The notes under the pieces are model-generated. The model was not told the DNA's origin. It worked only from the letters and a program-made list of their open reading frames with translations, and did not search any database. Below, in pieces: positions 38,610-51,700 of a stretch of 64,000 nt of DNA (position 1 is its first letter; each line of letters opens with the position of its first letter). Where the stretch lies: contig JAAILG010001076.1 of assembly GCA_012026655.1 (NCBI GenBank), positions 1 to 64,000 on the forward strand. Direction: 5' to 3'. The translations under genes and the position numbers were made by a program. The stretch is from Hydrolagus affinis. Lineage: Eukaryota.

Positions 38610-38690
38610 CCGCTTTCGAATCGCTGAGCTGGAGCCTGATTGGCTGTCACCGCGCGACGTCACACGCAACGGCGCGATGACGTCACCACG
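38610..38690 (-). promoter_or_regulatory. Putative KIF14 core promoter: CRE (TGACGTCA 38678-38685), CRE-like TGACGTCG, CCAAT box (38639-38643), CHR-like TTCGAA (38615-38620)
   Basis: Small CpG-dense island about 2.4 kb upstream of the KIF14 ATG; motifs read directly from the sequence. Confidence 0.65.
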
Positions 38691-38714
38691 CATGCTCCGA
38701 CGCCCAGTTTGGGC

Positions 38715-38960
38715 ATCAACAACAACAACAACACCACCACCACAACAACAACAACAACAACACCACAACAACAACTTGCATTTAGATAGACAGTGTCTCA
38801 GAGTGCTTCACAATGGCAGAGCCCCAAGGCCGAGCCAGGGGAGAGGGAAGGTGACCGTAAGTGCGATCAAAGAGGGAGGTCTTCAGGCGGACCTTGAAGA
38901 TGGGGAAGGAGGGGGATGAGGGGAAGGGGTTGAGGGAGAGAGTTCCAAGTTTTAGTTTCG
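38715..38960 (-). mobile_element. L2-like 3' end with (TTG)n tail abutting the KIF14 promoter
   Basis: (CAA)n-cttgcattt tail; ggtcttcaggcggaccttgaag..agggagagagttcca is typical of a reversed L2 3' end. Confidence 0.5.
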
Positions 38961-39522
38961 CAGCGGCCGAAAGCACGGCCACCGATGCTGGCGCGGAGGA
39001 TTCGCGGGTGACCAGGAGGAGGCCGTAGAACAACAACAACTTGTGTTTTGGAAACAATGTTCAAAGGCTTTTAACAATTAAATAAAGTGATATTAATAAT
39101 AATCCTTGCAAAGCAAGGAGAAAATAATAATTGTTGCAAACCATATCGCAAACATATCACCTAAAGTACAAACAATCACAGACAAATGTCAAAATCAATC
39201 CAACAGTGCATTTTAAAATTTGCGCTATCTACATTGTAGTCATGTATTCTGCAAAACATCAATTATTAGACTGAAAATAACATGAAATCAATGCCAGAGG
39301 TGACATATATCATTAAAACATTAAATATTTCACACCAAATTGAAACCCACTGTAGTGGAGAATTTGCAGAAGCTGGATATAATTTTCCACTGTTGGAAGT
39401 GAAGCAATTTGTCCATACGATGGTGCTGTTGAGCTCTCTATTGTCGAAAATGGTATTCAAATCTGCCATTTTAAAAATTGGATGTACAGTATCTTCTTAT
39501 CAAAAGACCGCAGACGCTGATA

Positions 39523-39900
39523 TGGAGTCCCATAGCTCAGTGGTTAGAGCACTCGATTTGCAAGAGAGAGACCTGGGTTTGATTCCTGACAGGGCAAAAC
39601 ATTGGGCAAGTTTCCTTACTCCACACACCTCTGTTTACTCAGCAGAAAGTAGGAACCCAGTTGTTAGTCGATTGGCAGATTGCTTTTCCAGGGGTAAAAA
39701 TTCCTTAAAAATAATAAAGATAATAATAAATTGGTCACTTAAATCCATGACTTTTTGTTGGGATACTGCTGTGTGCAATTGCCTTCCACGTTTCACGCAC
39801 AAATATACAGTCAATTAAATTTACAGTAAACTCAGTGAACCGCTTTGAGACGTCTCAAAGATGTGGTAAAGTGCTATATTAAATGTAAGGATTATTATTA
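39523..39900 (+). mobile_element. Same SINE family, longer variant with an extra central segment
   Basis: Box A/B head, extra segment tgtttactcagcagaaagtaggaacccag..., shared tail. Confidence 0.82.
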
Positions 39901-42400
39901 CTGTATATATAATGCACTGGGCAGAATTGTATTCTTTTGCACCACCTCAACACTAAGTTTAAGCATAATGCTGTGCAGTGATAGCTGTACTGTATTTAAT
40001 AATACAAAACCATGATTCCTGACTTTGAGAATAATGCAAAAAGAGAGATCAGATGACTGGATTACTTCATGATGGTAACCTGTATACATAGTATGGTATC
40101 CTGTCTATAACATGAGATGAAAATACAGTCAAAGATTCATTTTCAAAGACGATTTTCCACTTAAATGAAATAATGAAACCTATGGGAAATAGAGCCTGGT
40201 TTGACTGTTTTGCTAAAATGTAACATATATTTAACCTACTGGTTTGGTGGTCTACTTTTTTTATAGCACTATTATTTATGTTATAACCTTATCTGTTTCG
40301 GCTGTTGCTAACAAGATAGGGAGGGGAAACATTTCCTACTAGAGTTATTATTGATTGTATTTGTTCTGTGCTGATAGATTTTAGTCTACCACACTATCCA
40401 GATTTCAACCACTTGTGCCAAAGGAAGCATTAAAGCTGGTTTCTGAGCAAAATAATCAGACTAAAAAATATCATCAGTTATTTTATTGAAATTGATGTAA
40501 AGATTGAAACAGCTGGTCTAATTTTGCCTTTGTGCTTAGCTAACCCATTATCATTGTTCAATAAGTCTCCAATGCATTTCAATTGCCATAAATCACAAGC
40601 ATTGTGTTTCCTTATCCTAGTCACATCAACGGTTTTCAAATTGTCTCCCCATGCACTGAATCATTTTGAATTTTATTTGTTTTATTTGTAAACTGTGAGT
40701 GGATATAGGACGCAACACAAGGAAATTCATTGGGGCTCAGCTCAATTATTAGATACCTTAAATAATAAGCTAAACGTGTTGCGGAGGTGAACTATCCCTT
40801 CAATTTGCAGACAATATTAAAATCTACTTATGACAATGGAAATAGCAAGTCTCCAGTTTGAAAGATTTAAAGCAAAATGACTAAGCAGAGTCATGTGCAA
40901 GGCAACAACAAAATGTCAGCTCGTAACATTTCATTACTGGATAAATTCTCAAGAGAAACATGAACACAACGAATTTCATTCTGGAATGAGAATGTGCCAT
41001 TGATATGGAATGTCATGGCTGAAGTCTGTCATTTTCTTCATTCTTCACCAAGAAAAAACATGTTGTGCTTTGTGGAAACTGTAATAGTTTATCAGGAACC
41101 CCACCTCTTCCTGAACTCTGTTTTTCTTTCCTTTGCCTCCTACAGAGCCCTGATGATGGCCTAAAACAGGAAAGCAGCAGATTTTTCCCAAACTGTGTCA
41201 TTTGTAGCCAGAATATACCCACAGCAGTAAGATTTATATACAGATAAAAGGTTTGATCAAAACACACAGTCACTCCACTTTACAGTACTTCCTTTGAAGT
41301 GCTTTGAAACTTCCTCCTGACATGAAAGGTCAAATGTAAGGATTATTATATAAGATATCCAATTGAAGTAGTTAAATAGTCAGACATGACATACTCAATG
41401 AAGATAAGCAAAAAATACAATGAGAATTAAAACATTCACCAATTGTCAGTTCACGTTCAGGAGGAGGGTTGACAAGACATATTTATTTGCTATGGGTAAT
41501 TTTTTTAAACCCTGAAGTTTGTACAGTTGCAGAATATATATTTTAGAAAATAATTATACTATACATGAATACTGTATGTCATTTTGTTAAATATGTCCCA
41601 TTGTATTCTATTGATAATAATAAGCCTTGTATTTGACAAAGCTCCTCATCACAATGTGGAACGGTCTCAAAGCACTTCATTGCACTTATTGTAAAGTGGA
41701 AAATTAAGTGTATTAGTGTGCGTTTAGAATAAGTGTAGGCTACGCATTTTATAAGCGAACACAGCAGCCAATTTGCAAACAGCAGTGTCCCATAGACAGT
41801 CATGAAGTGAATAGCCCATTTTATCTGTACGACTGTTGGCCAAATTATGGGACTTTCTTTGAAAATCCATTTGAAGAGGACAGTTTGTTCAAGCCTTGGA
41901 CTCACATGAGCCATGGCTTTTCCAATTACCACTACCATTGCCTCCAGCTGCACAGCTACCAAACCACGAAGGAATACTGTGTACAATTGAATCATCTTAT
42001 TTACCTCTCTATTCAGTTTATTTTCCCCAATTAAAGGCAACTAATTAATTGTTGATGTCATTTGTATTCCACAGATCGTCAGAAATGTGAACACAAAAAA
42101 TGTATTCTCCATGCATTCAATACATACTTAAAACATTAGTTATACGTCTATTTTTAACCCTTAATTTCTCTCTGCTTCACAAATTGTTTTCCATCGTCTG
42201 CATGTGTATCTTCTCCCACTCGACTCCACTTCCCTCTCTCTTTCTCCCCGACCACTCTTGACGGATGAACTCTAACATTTGTTCAACATGTACGAAAGCC
42301 AGCTCGATGGTCGCAAAGCATTGCAGGTGACATTAAGATCGAAGAACTGAGGCACGGCAATCGGTCAGTGGCAGCTTCGATCATCACCCATAGCAACGGT

Positions 42401-42702
42401 TATTAATAACCCTTGCATTTGATACGGCGCTTTTCACATCTTCTAGGTATCTCGAAGCGCTTCCCAGAATTATGATTATTATTATTATTATTATTACTGC
42501 ACAGTGAATTGACGGTGTACATGTGGGCGAAACGCGGCGGCCAATTGCGCACAGCAGCATCTCACAAACAGTCGTGGATTTAAATGACCAATCTACCCTT
42601 GTATTTTTTGCCCCCACCCCAGGGATAAACATATTATTATCAAGCATGTGGAGCTAGGAAACTTGGCCGAGGTTTTGCCCAGCCTGGAATCGAACCCTGG
42701 TC
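42401..42702 (-). mobile_element. Same SINE family, head truncated, CpG-rich copy
   Basis: ggaatcgaaccc Box B reverse complement; body and tail; internal (TTA)n. Confidence 0.82.
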
Positions 42703-42749
42703 TTTTGCTTTTGGTCTTTTGCTTAATATACACAGTATATTTTACAATG

Positions 42750-43548
42750 CAGACTGTGTGCGGCTGATACTCATTTGGACGAGAGTCTGGATGAAGTGTC
42801 CAGGGCAGGAGGAGAAGGAGGCGCGTTGTGTAGGAGCGCTCCGCCCAGCCAGCCAGCCCAGCCAGTCAGTCAGTTAGTGGGTGAGTGAGTGTGAGTACAG
42901 GGCTGGGTGGTTGGACGGGAGAGCCCATTGCGCCGGGGTGAAGAGGATTGGATCCAGATCAGGATCCAGATCAGCGGCGCCCTGATCCTGTGATCGCTGC
43001 AGTGTGGGGTGGAGCCGTTTATGAAAGCAAACAACAACAACAATAACACAGACAGAGAGAGAAACGCTGGAGGTGGATCAATCAGTTCACAGTCAGTCGT
43101 GGAAAAAGCTGTCAGGACACAGGCTGCTGCTGCTGTTTAATGTTAATCACATCTCTCTGTGCGGGGAGCAGAGCCAGGGATCGAGGGAGGAGAGAGAAAG
43201 AAGGGAAGGGAAGGGAAGAAGGGAAGGACGAGTAGGTCAACCTTGAGGAATATGATGGGAACCAGGCTGCAGCTGGAGAAGAAGAAGACGAAGAAGTAGA
43301 AAAAAAAACAACCTTGTATTTTAGGAATACAATTCTTTTTAAAAAAAAATATTTATATATTTCTCTTCCTCTCCTCCCTCTCCCCCTCCCTCCATCAAAG
43401 ACTATCCGGTGATGAAGATTACCATTGGAAGCAGAGACGGATTTTATAGCTCAAGGATGCCCTAGGTCGTTTTGTGTGTGTGTGTTTGTGTGTGTGTGTG
43501 TAGGGGGTGGGGAGGGAGTGTGTGTTGGAGGAAGCGATTGGAGAGACG
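42750..43548 (+). promoter_or_regulatory. GC/CpG-enriched CAMSAP2 promoter and 5'UTR region
   Basis: Locally GC/CpG-rich, with simple repeats, directly upstream of the CAMSAP2 start; the TSS cannot be located. Confidence 0.5.
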
Positions 43549-43693
43549 ATGATGGGAGATACTGTGGACCCGGGCAGGGACGTGAAGAAGACCTTCATCG
43601 TCCCAGCCATTAAAGCCTTTGATCATTATGATTTCTCCAGAGCCAAGATCGCTTGCAGTCTCTCTTGGTTGGTGGCCAAGGCGTTTGGAACAG
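43549..43693 (+). CDS. CAMSAP2: CAMSAP2 coding exon 1
   Basis: MMGDTVDPGRDVKKTFIVPAIKAFDHYDFSRAKIACSLSWLVAKAFGT, near-identical to the CAMSAP2 N-terminus; G|gtagga donor. Confidence 0.95.
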
Positions 43694-46162
43694 GTAGGAG
43701 GCGCCTTGCTGTATTCCCAAGCTCTGATTTAATGTGGTGGTGGGGGGGTGGGGGGGAAGGGAAGGATTGCGGTCATTCTATTCCAGGGGTAAACTGAAGC
43801 AAAAATGCAGCAAATCTATACATTTTCTTGTTTTTTTTACTAAAATAATCGCCTGCCTCCTTTCACCCACAAAATACACAGTCCATTCCATTTGACAATA
43901 CATTTTGTGAAGCACTTTGAGAGATCTCAACCACCTAATGGGGTGCTCCAGGTCAAATGCAACGATTAGGATTATTCTGGTAATAATAATATTAACACAA
44001 TGTTATTATGCCACTTGCTCCTCCCTTCCTTTCATAAATCGAACTCGCTCATTTCGTCTTAAATTTAAAAAAATATGTATTTGTTTTCCCCCCTGGGTTA
44101 AAAATAAAGTTGTTTGCTTACTGACTTCCTCTCCCTCCTGCCCTCCATGAATTCCTGTTGATTTTTTATTTACCTTCTCATTTGGCTTTAACCGGATTTG
44201 TAGGTTTTAGCTGCAGACAAGCAGAAATATTATTGTTTATGTAAGAAATCATCTGACTGCAGAAAAAGCGAATGATACCACTGTACTGTGTTGCACATTT
44301 ACATTAGATGTTTAATCATTCACTGATATTATTGTAAAGATTTGCTTGCAATTGCTTCCATTATATGGTTTATCTCTTTGCAGCAATTCCATATTTAGAA
44401 AGAATCCCTAATTAATTTTTAATTCAAGAATTTTAGCAACCATTTGGGGGATATATGGAGCTAATGGCATCTCTGTAGATAAGGTTTATATTATAAATTG
44501 CATTAATAACCCTCCAGATGTATGTACAATATGTAAATAGTCAAGGTCAAGGGGAGATGTGTGTGACCAAAGGAAGGTATTTTGCACTGTGGCGTGCAGA
44601 AAATCATGAATCCCATGAGATTTGAAGCAGATGAAGAACATGTATTATTTGTAACTGCTTTTTTTTTACATTATGTTGATTCAATTTCAATACAGAAAGC
44701 ACACAATTGATTCCCTGTTTTGTGCTTTAAAAAAATGAAATGGCACCCAGAGAGTGAAATGCGGTATGAAGATGTGCTGCAGTTATTGTCCCATAGTTTG
44801 GTAATTATGGCCCTAGATATAAGAAACCAGCTTGTTTTGATGGGTGTTAATAACACAGCAATTTCAGCCACGAAGGGAATGTAGCTCGGTTGTAAATGCG
44901 TATATCCAATTCATTGCATTTTCCAGTAAGTGTTTTATTTTTCATAAAGCATTATGCCTTTGTCTTCCCATAGTATTTACCTGCAGGGTGGCACATATAA
45001 GGTTGCAACAATAGCAGTATCAGGTTGTCGTTGATAGCTAAGAATGCGCTTTCCAAAATATGTTGTTTAGGCTGTTGTGGGTATTTTCTCCATTCACATG
45101 ATGGTTCTGCTTTAAGCATTACAACGTCATAATTGTTTTCAGATGCATTTTATGGTTTATAAAATACAACCATGACCTTTGGAGCATTCATTTAAAGGGT
45201 GTCACTATAATTATTAGTATTTTTTTCCCAAATTTATGATATATTTCAACTTCCAAAGAGTAACGTAAGCAAAATAATTTGCACCATGATCATACAAATC
45301 CAATAAGTCAAGCACAAACCTGAATAAATTGTTTACCACAAGAATGGCTCTTTTAATGACCTTAAATTAAACCAACAGTAATTAACTGAGCTTTGTACAT
45401 GCGTAGAACTCTTGGACTATTGGAAGCGGGAAATATAAATAGTACTTCCAATTGTTTTACTGCTGGAAGTGGTGGCTCATTGCTCTCAGCCATTTTAATA
45501 ATAATCCTTGCATTTGGTATAGTGCCTGATCACATCATCAAGTCGTCACAAAGCCCTTCACAGAATACAGTGTAAAGTGTAGTGATGGTGGATTTTGTGG
45601 GAAAAATTGAATAAGGCATACGAGGGTGGTCACCCAGATTTTTTTTAATGCAAGAAAAGTACCTTGTTTCAGAGACTTTGAGCCAAGTCAGTATTCTCAG
45701 TACTCTAGCTCTGATATGTTTACAGTGTGATGCTCAGAACTATTGAGCTACTTGTAGCCATCCCTTTGGCAAAATGTGATAAAGAACCCTCTGCCCATCC
45801 TGACTTTTTAAGCCAGCAATTCCAAACAAGGTTATTAATTTACTAAAGTTGCATCTTTTTCTGAAGAGAGAAATGTATTTATCTCTCATCATCCTAAAGA
45901 TAATACAGTACATTAATGTTTTGGAACACTACTGTTCTAATGTATTCACAGGAATGCAGGAAAGTAGCATTTCGCTGACTAGTTGCCACCTTGTGTTTTT
46001 CTGGTTATTGTCACTTTCTTTCAAAGTTCTAATTTTTGCAAGCTCAATAATCTTATTTACATTTCAAACGTGCAGGGTATATCATCATTTACGCTAAGTG
46101 TGAATATTCCTCCGAATATGCAACATAAACAGCCTTAAAAGCCACCATTATTGTAAAAGTTT

Positions 46163-46451
46163 GGACTCCTGTAGCTCAGTGATCAGAACACTCACCTTAC
46201 AAGTGAGAGACCTGGGTTTGATTACAGGCCGGGCGAAACCTTGGCCAAGTTTCCTTACTCCACACGCCAATTAATAGTCCCTCAAAAAAAATTGGTCATT
46301 TCAATCCATAAATGTTTGTGGGTCCCTGCTGTGAGCATTTCGCCCACATATATACTGTATAGTCAAATCACTTTTCAGTATATTCTGTGAAACACTTTGA
46401 AACGTTGAGAAGATGTGAAAAGCGCTATATCAAATGCAAAGATTATTAATA
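46163..46451 (+). mobile_element. Same SINE family, full length
   Basis: gtagctcagtg head through tatcaaatgcaaagattatta tail. Confidence 0.85.
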
Positions 46452-47245
46452 TTACCATAAAAGTAGGAGACTGGGTGATGCAGGAAGATTGCCACACAGT
46501 TTCCTTTCACTTCTGGAGTTTGGCCTCAAATATGTAGAGAGCACCTATGGAAAGAAAGATTTTTTTCCCCTCTGTGTGTGTGCCCTGTGTGAAATTAGTT
46601 TTGACATATTCAATCCTCAAGCTGACTAAAGGGGAAAAACTGCTATGATTCAGACAACATGCGCATACATGTAAACCACACACACGCCTGTTGCATTCCA
46701 AAAGCAAGGTGAATTTATTAGATTGGGGAAATATGTAAGTTTACTCTGTAGGAACTGAGCGAAATCTGGTCCATACTAATTTTTCCTGTTTTGAATGGCT
46801 CAGATTCAAGGCTGGTCAATGAGGGATAGATATTGTGCCAGCAAATGGGTGGAATGTAACCAGTCAACATATGAACTAATTCCTCACAGTGGTGTTGAAT
46901 GAGTGTGTGTGTGCTCACTAGAAATAATGGATCTCTGTAGGAATGGATTTGAATAACTAGTAAAGTTACTTCCTATCTTATTAATTTAAAAAAATACTAG
47001 GGAGAATTGCATATTAAAAGTATGCTTGTTTGTGGCATGTTGTTGGATAAGAGGAAACATACTTTAATCTGCATCATGTCTATGCCTGACCTTAGACCTT
47101 CAATACCAACAGTAGAAATTTGTTCCATTTCCCAGCATTAGCATCTCTTACTTTTACAAGTAAAAAGTCAGAAAATTAGTTAACATGTAGAGCATCGAAA
47201 CATTATAATGTAGAGACACATTGGTTGAAGTATGACAACAACATT

Positions 47246-47619
47246 GGAGTCATGTAGCTCAGTGGTTAGAGCACTCGCCTTACAAGTGAGAGACCTAGGT
47301 TCAATTCCAGGCAGGATGAAACTTTGGGAAGCTTCCTTACTCCACACGCATAATAATCCTCAAAAAAAATGGTAATTTCAATTCACAAATGTTTGTGGGT
47401 CAATGCTGTGTGCATTTTGCCTACATATAAACTGTATAATCAAATCACTTTTCAGTATTTCAATCCAAGACTGTTTATGGGACGCTGCAGTGCGCAATTG
47501 GCCGCCACGTTTTGTCCACAAATATACAATCAATTCACATTACAGTATATTCTGTAAAGCATTTTGAGACCTCTAGAAGATGTGAAAAGTGCTATATATA
47601 ATGCAAGGATTATTATTAT
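47246..47619 (+). mobile_element. Same SINE family, with an internal tandem duplication of the body
   Basis: Perfect Box A and Box B (GGTTCAATTCC); the body segment occurs twice. Confidence 0.85.
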
Positions 47620-48518
47620 ATTGGCTATTTTCACTACTCTATAGAAATGCTATATACTATGTGGGTCTTAACAGAAGCCAGAAGCCTATAAAGTTAAGTA
47701 AATTAACATGTTTTTAATGGTGATATAGTATAGAGAGATGACAAGAACATAATATGATGTAGCATAGAAATAGTAAAATATAATGTTTTTCCAAGTTGTG
47801 CTATATTTTTGCAAGATTTGTAGGTCAATCTACTACTATATCTGAATAGTACCAAGCAAAGTAGATTTCTTGTGAAACGATGCAACTTAGTTTGATTTTA
47901 GACCATAAACCAGTTTGGTTTAGATTTGGTTATCATATACAGTTCTGACATCTTGTGCTTCCATAGTCATGAATTTGAGGGTCATTTCAGCATTGCTTGT
48001 AAGTAAAGTGCTCTCAGGCATACTTTCGATTACAAAGAACAGCTAATTTGGTTCAAGAGTTAATGCTGACTTCAATTGATTTTTCAGAAGCTCAAACATT
48101 TCCCATCCTCCTGACGGTAACTGAAACACTGACCACATTGACTTTGATTGTTGATGTGCTGCAGTTAGGAAGCAAACACCCATTTTGTTGACAAGAGAAT
48201 TGTAAAGGTTACAGTAAAATTGAATTTCTGTTGGAAATTCAAGGTTCATTACTTGGCAATCACTGGTGTATATAGGGATGAATATGTGTAGCCTTAGTTA
48301 TTTTGCAGGAAAGATTTTAACTGCATAATATTTAAATGCTTTAATGAGAACTGATTCTGACATCCCCCTGAGATGTTAAAGGTGTTACATATAAGGCAAG
48401 AGCAAGCAGCTTTCAGACCGCGCCCCCCCCCCCCTCCCCCAAGACCCCATTATTTGTAACTCATTTTGTGTTTGCGTTCAGTATAGGATACTGATACCAG
48501 TTTTTGTGTCCTTTTAAG

Positions 48519-48778
48519 ACCATGTACCGGACGAACTGGTGGAGCCATTTTACACTGACCAGTATGACCAGGAACACATCAAACCACCTGTTGTCCACTT
48601 GCTTCTTTCTGCTGAACTGTACTGTCGTGCCGGCAGCCTGATATTGAAGAGTGATGCTGCAAAACCATTGCTGGGCCATGATGCTGTTGTACAGGCTCTT
48701 GCACAGAAGGGTCTTTATGTTACAGAACAGGAGAAGATAGTGACTGAGAGAGATCTTCGCAAGAAACCAATTCAGATG
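48519..48778 (+). CDS. CAMSAP2: CAMSAP2 coding exon 2 (gene continues beyond window)
   Basis: DHVPDELVEPFYTDQYDQEHIKPPVVHLLLSAELYCRAGSLILKSDAAKPLLGHDAVVQALAQKGLYV..KKPIQM; ttttaag acceptor and gtaagt donor; exon 3 not found in the remaining 15 kb. Confidence 0.96.
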
Positions 48779-51700
48779 GTAAGTGTTTGAGAGATGCCAA
48801 ATTCCATTGGATGGGAGTTGATGTAAAACTTTGGGTATATATGATTCATATCATTTTCCCTTTTACAGTACCTTGCAGTTTAATCTTTATACTGCTTGTA
48901 AATGGATTCTAAAGCTATTGAATACGATAGTGTACAAATCCTATGTTTCATGGTAATTCTCATAGTTGTGTTCTTAATCTTCGGTGATAATTTGATTGAA
49001 AAATACATTACTCTTGTACCTGAACTTATATTTGATAGATGCTCCAGTTAGTGATAGCATTAGGATTAAATCAAACATTATCTTTTATATTGAGAGTGAG
49101 AATTCAAATGAATGCCACACAAATTGATGTAAGTGTTAAGATTAAATCAAACATTTACTTCCAAATTATTTTATGGGAGGGGATAGTCTCTTGAGTCACA
49201 ATGGGTAAATCCCACACTTAGCAACATGATCACTTGAGAGTTTGTGCAATTATAGCTTGTGTCTGATATTGTATTGGATTTTCAGTTGGAAAGGTGGTGC
49301 CTTTCAATCACATTTTTTTTCTATGTAGCAGTGTGAATTGAAGTTGCTTGGTTATGGAAAAAATATGACAGCATTTCTGAATTCTGTGTATTATAAAAGT
49401 ACATATTTTGTATATATTGTCATCCAATAAGAGCTATGCCATGTGTACTGATTCTGCTAACCTCCAAGGCGTGCTTCTGGGTTCCAATTTTCTGTGAATC
49501 AGAGACCAGAGTGATCAATTGAGATGTCACTGACTCTGATCCTTGTAGGGAAACACCAACAATTTTTGTTAATTAGCTGAAAATATATTTTCCTGCCCGG
49601 GTTGTTTCACTTATGCCTCAATTTTGAAGATGTTTTAATTGTACACTTATCTTTCGTATGTTGTCCAGTTTCTGACTCAGTGAGAGAATGACGGATGATG
49701 TTGATAAATGAAGGTGTAAGCCTCAACTATTGTTGTCGATTGGTGGTGTCAAGCTTGTTTGAAAAAATGGTTGTGTGTTTTATTGATCCCTGGACTTTAC
49801 AGTAGCTGTTTAAATAGCCATGTAATGAAGTAGCATTGTCTTTCTTATAAATGGTTTCCTGGGTCTTAGTCTGCAGAAAGGCCTTAAGTGGTCTCCCTCC
49901 CTGTTAATGTCATTGGTGCATTATAAACTTGCTCGCTGGAAATGCACAATGTTGAAACATTTTGATTTCATGCTTCCTGTCTGACTACTCATGATACCAG
50001 TGTACATGAAATTTTGTTCAGTCCTTTGCACAATGATGTGGTGACCTATTTTTCTTCCATTGGTGTACTGAATGTCAAGCAGATTACAGTATATTAGGAG
50101 CTGATGCACAAAGCACTTCTGAAGCATACATAAATTATATTGTGCTTGAATAGAATCTAAAGTAGATTCTAATTTCTTAATAATCAATCCATCTTTTTAA
50201 TCAATGTGTAAAGTGTTTGCTGTAAAATGAAAATGATCCTGATTTAATGTAGTAATCTTTGGGATCAGATGATATGGCTAGTGTATTAGGGATTGGAAAT
50301 CTCAATTCTCAAAACCTTCACTGAACACCAGATAAGTTGTTTGTTTCCGGTCTGCTGTACACATCCTTTTACAGGATGCCAATAGCTGAAGCTGTAATGA
50401 CAACAAATTGCATTTATGTAGCGCCCTTTACATCAGCAAGATGTCCCAAGGCATGTATTCCTGATGAAGTAAAATGTTGATCCACTGTTAATTATTGTAT
50501 GACCAGAACAGGCATTATAAATGGGTAAATGTGGGGTCAAACCCAATGATGCTTGGCAAAGACATAAAGAATTTGAACAACAATGACAGACAACAAAGTA
50601 TTCTGGCTTTGCTCAGTATTGCACCTTTGTAGATTTAGACTACAGCAAAAGAATATGTTCTAAAAGAGTTTCTCATTTATTTCATCCTAATATTCCTCAG
50701 TAACTGGTCAGGCACTGCTGGTAACAACTTTGATAAATTGTTTCAATGAGAATTTGTTTTTTGTAATGTAATTTGTTTACTCACTTGCTAGTAATTGTAT
50801 TGCCATCTATTTTAATAAATAAATCCTTCCCTTGTTTGACTTCAGTGGACTCCCTTAGTACTAATTATTAAAACATGTAATTCTGTATCAAAGTACTGCA
50901 GTTATTTTGACATAATTGCAATTAGTGTGGATGCTTTATGCAATATTCAAAGTCTGTTTACCTTTTTGCTTTCTTTGTATCTCTGCATTTAAGTGAACCT
51001 AGTTCAGATAGTTCTACTTTTGAAGAGTAGGTAAGTGTTGGGCAGTCACATGCCTAATGGAATGACAGTAGATATTTCCCTTGTTTGTGTTACTTTTCTG
51101 ATGTTACATTGACAGCCATTGCTTTTGCCACAAGTCATCTTATTAGAAAGATTTAAATGGCATTTATTTCAAACACTTCTATTTTCAGTTTGTTTGCTGG
51201 ATGGTTTTGTGCGATAAGCTCCTCTCCACTGCAGTCCATATTTGATAACCACTGCATTAATATTATATAATATATAATGCCTTTGATATGGTGCTTTGTC
51301 CCTGATAAAATGTATAGTTGATAAACTTTAGTACAGTAATTCCTTCGAAACACTTTGAGATTTTTATCAGTGAATTTGTCTCACATAACAATGTCTGTGT
51401 CCAATTTTTATGTGTGTGATTTTTGACCAAGATATTAGTAGAAACCCACTGATGTGTTTGAGTATTTTCATGGAATCTTTAATGCCCATCTGAACCACAA
51501 GACGAAGCCTCGGTTTAATATTTCATCTACAGGACAGTGAGGGAAGAAATTAGTTTTGTTCAGTACTGGAAACAAAATCAACATCAATAGGTTGCCTCTT
51601 TTCTTTCCTCACTCCATTCAGCCCCCACACTGACACACATACACATAATCTTGGTCAGACTTGACAGGGACCGTAATGAACAAAATTAACTTCCACTGGT

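Noticed and set aside
39282-39818. 178-aa plus-strand ORF between KIF14 and CAMSAP2
   Set aside because: Its second half reads through a SINE; no recognisable domain; not DDX59
41145-41180. CTGATGA..GGAAA hammerhead-like words
   Set aside because: Stem II is only 2-3 bp and no convincing stems I and III; at most a decayed repeat
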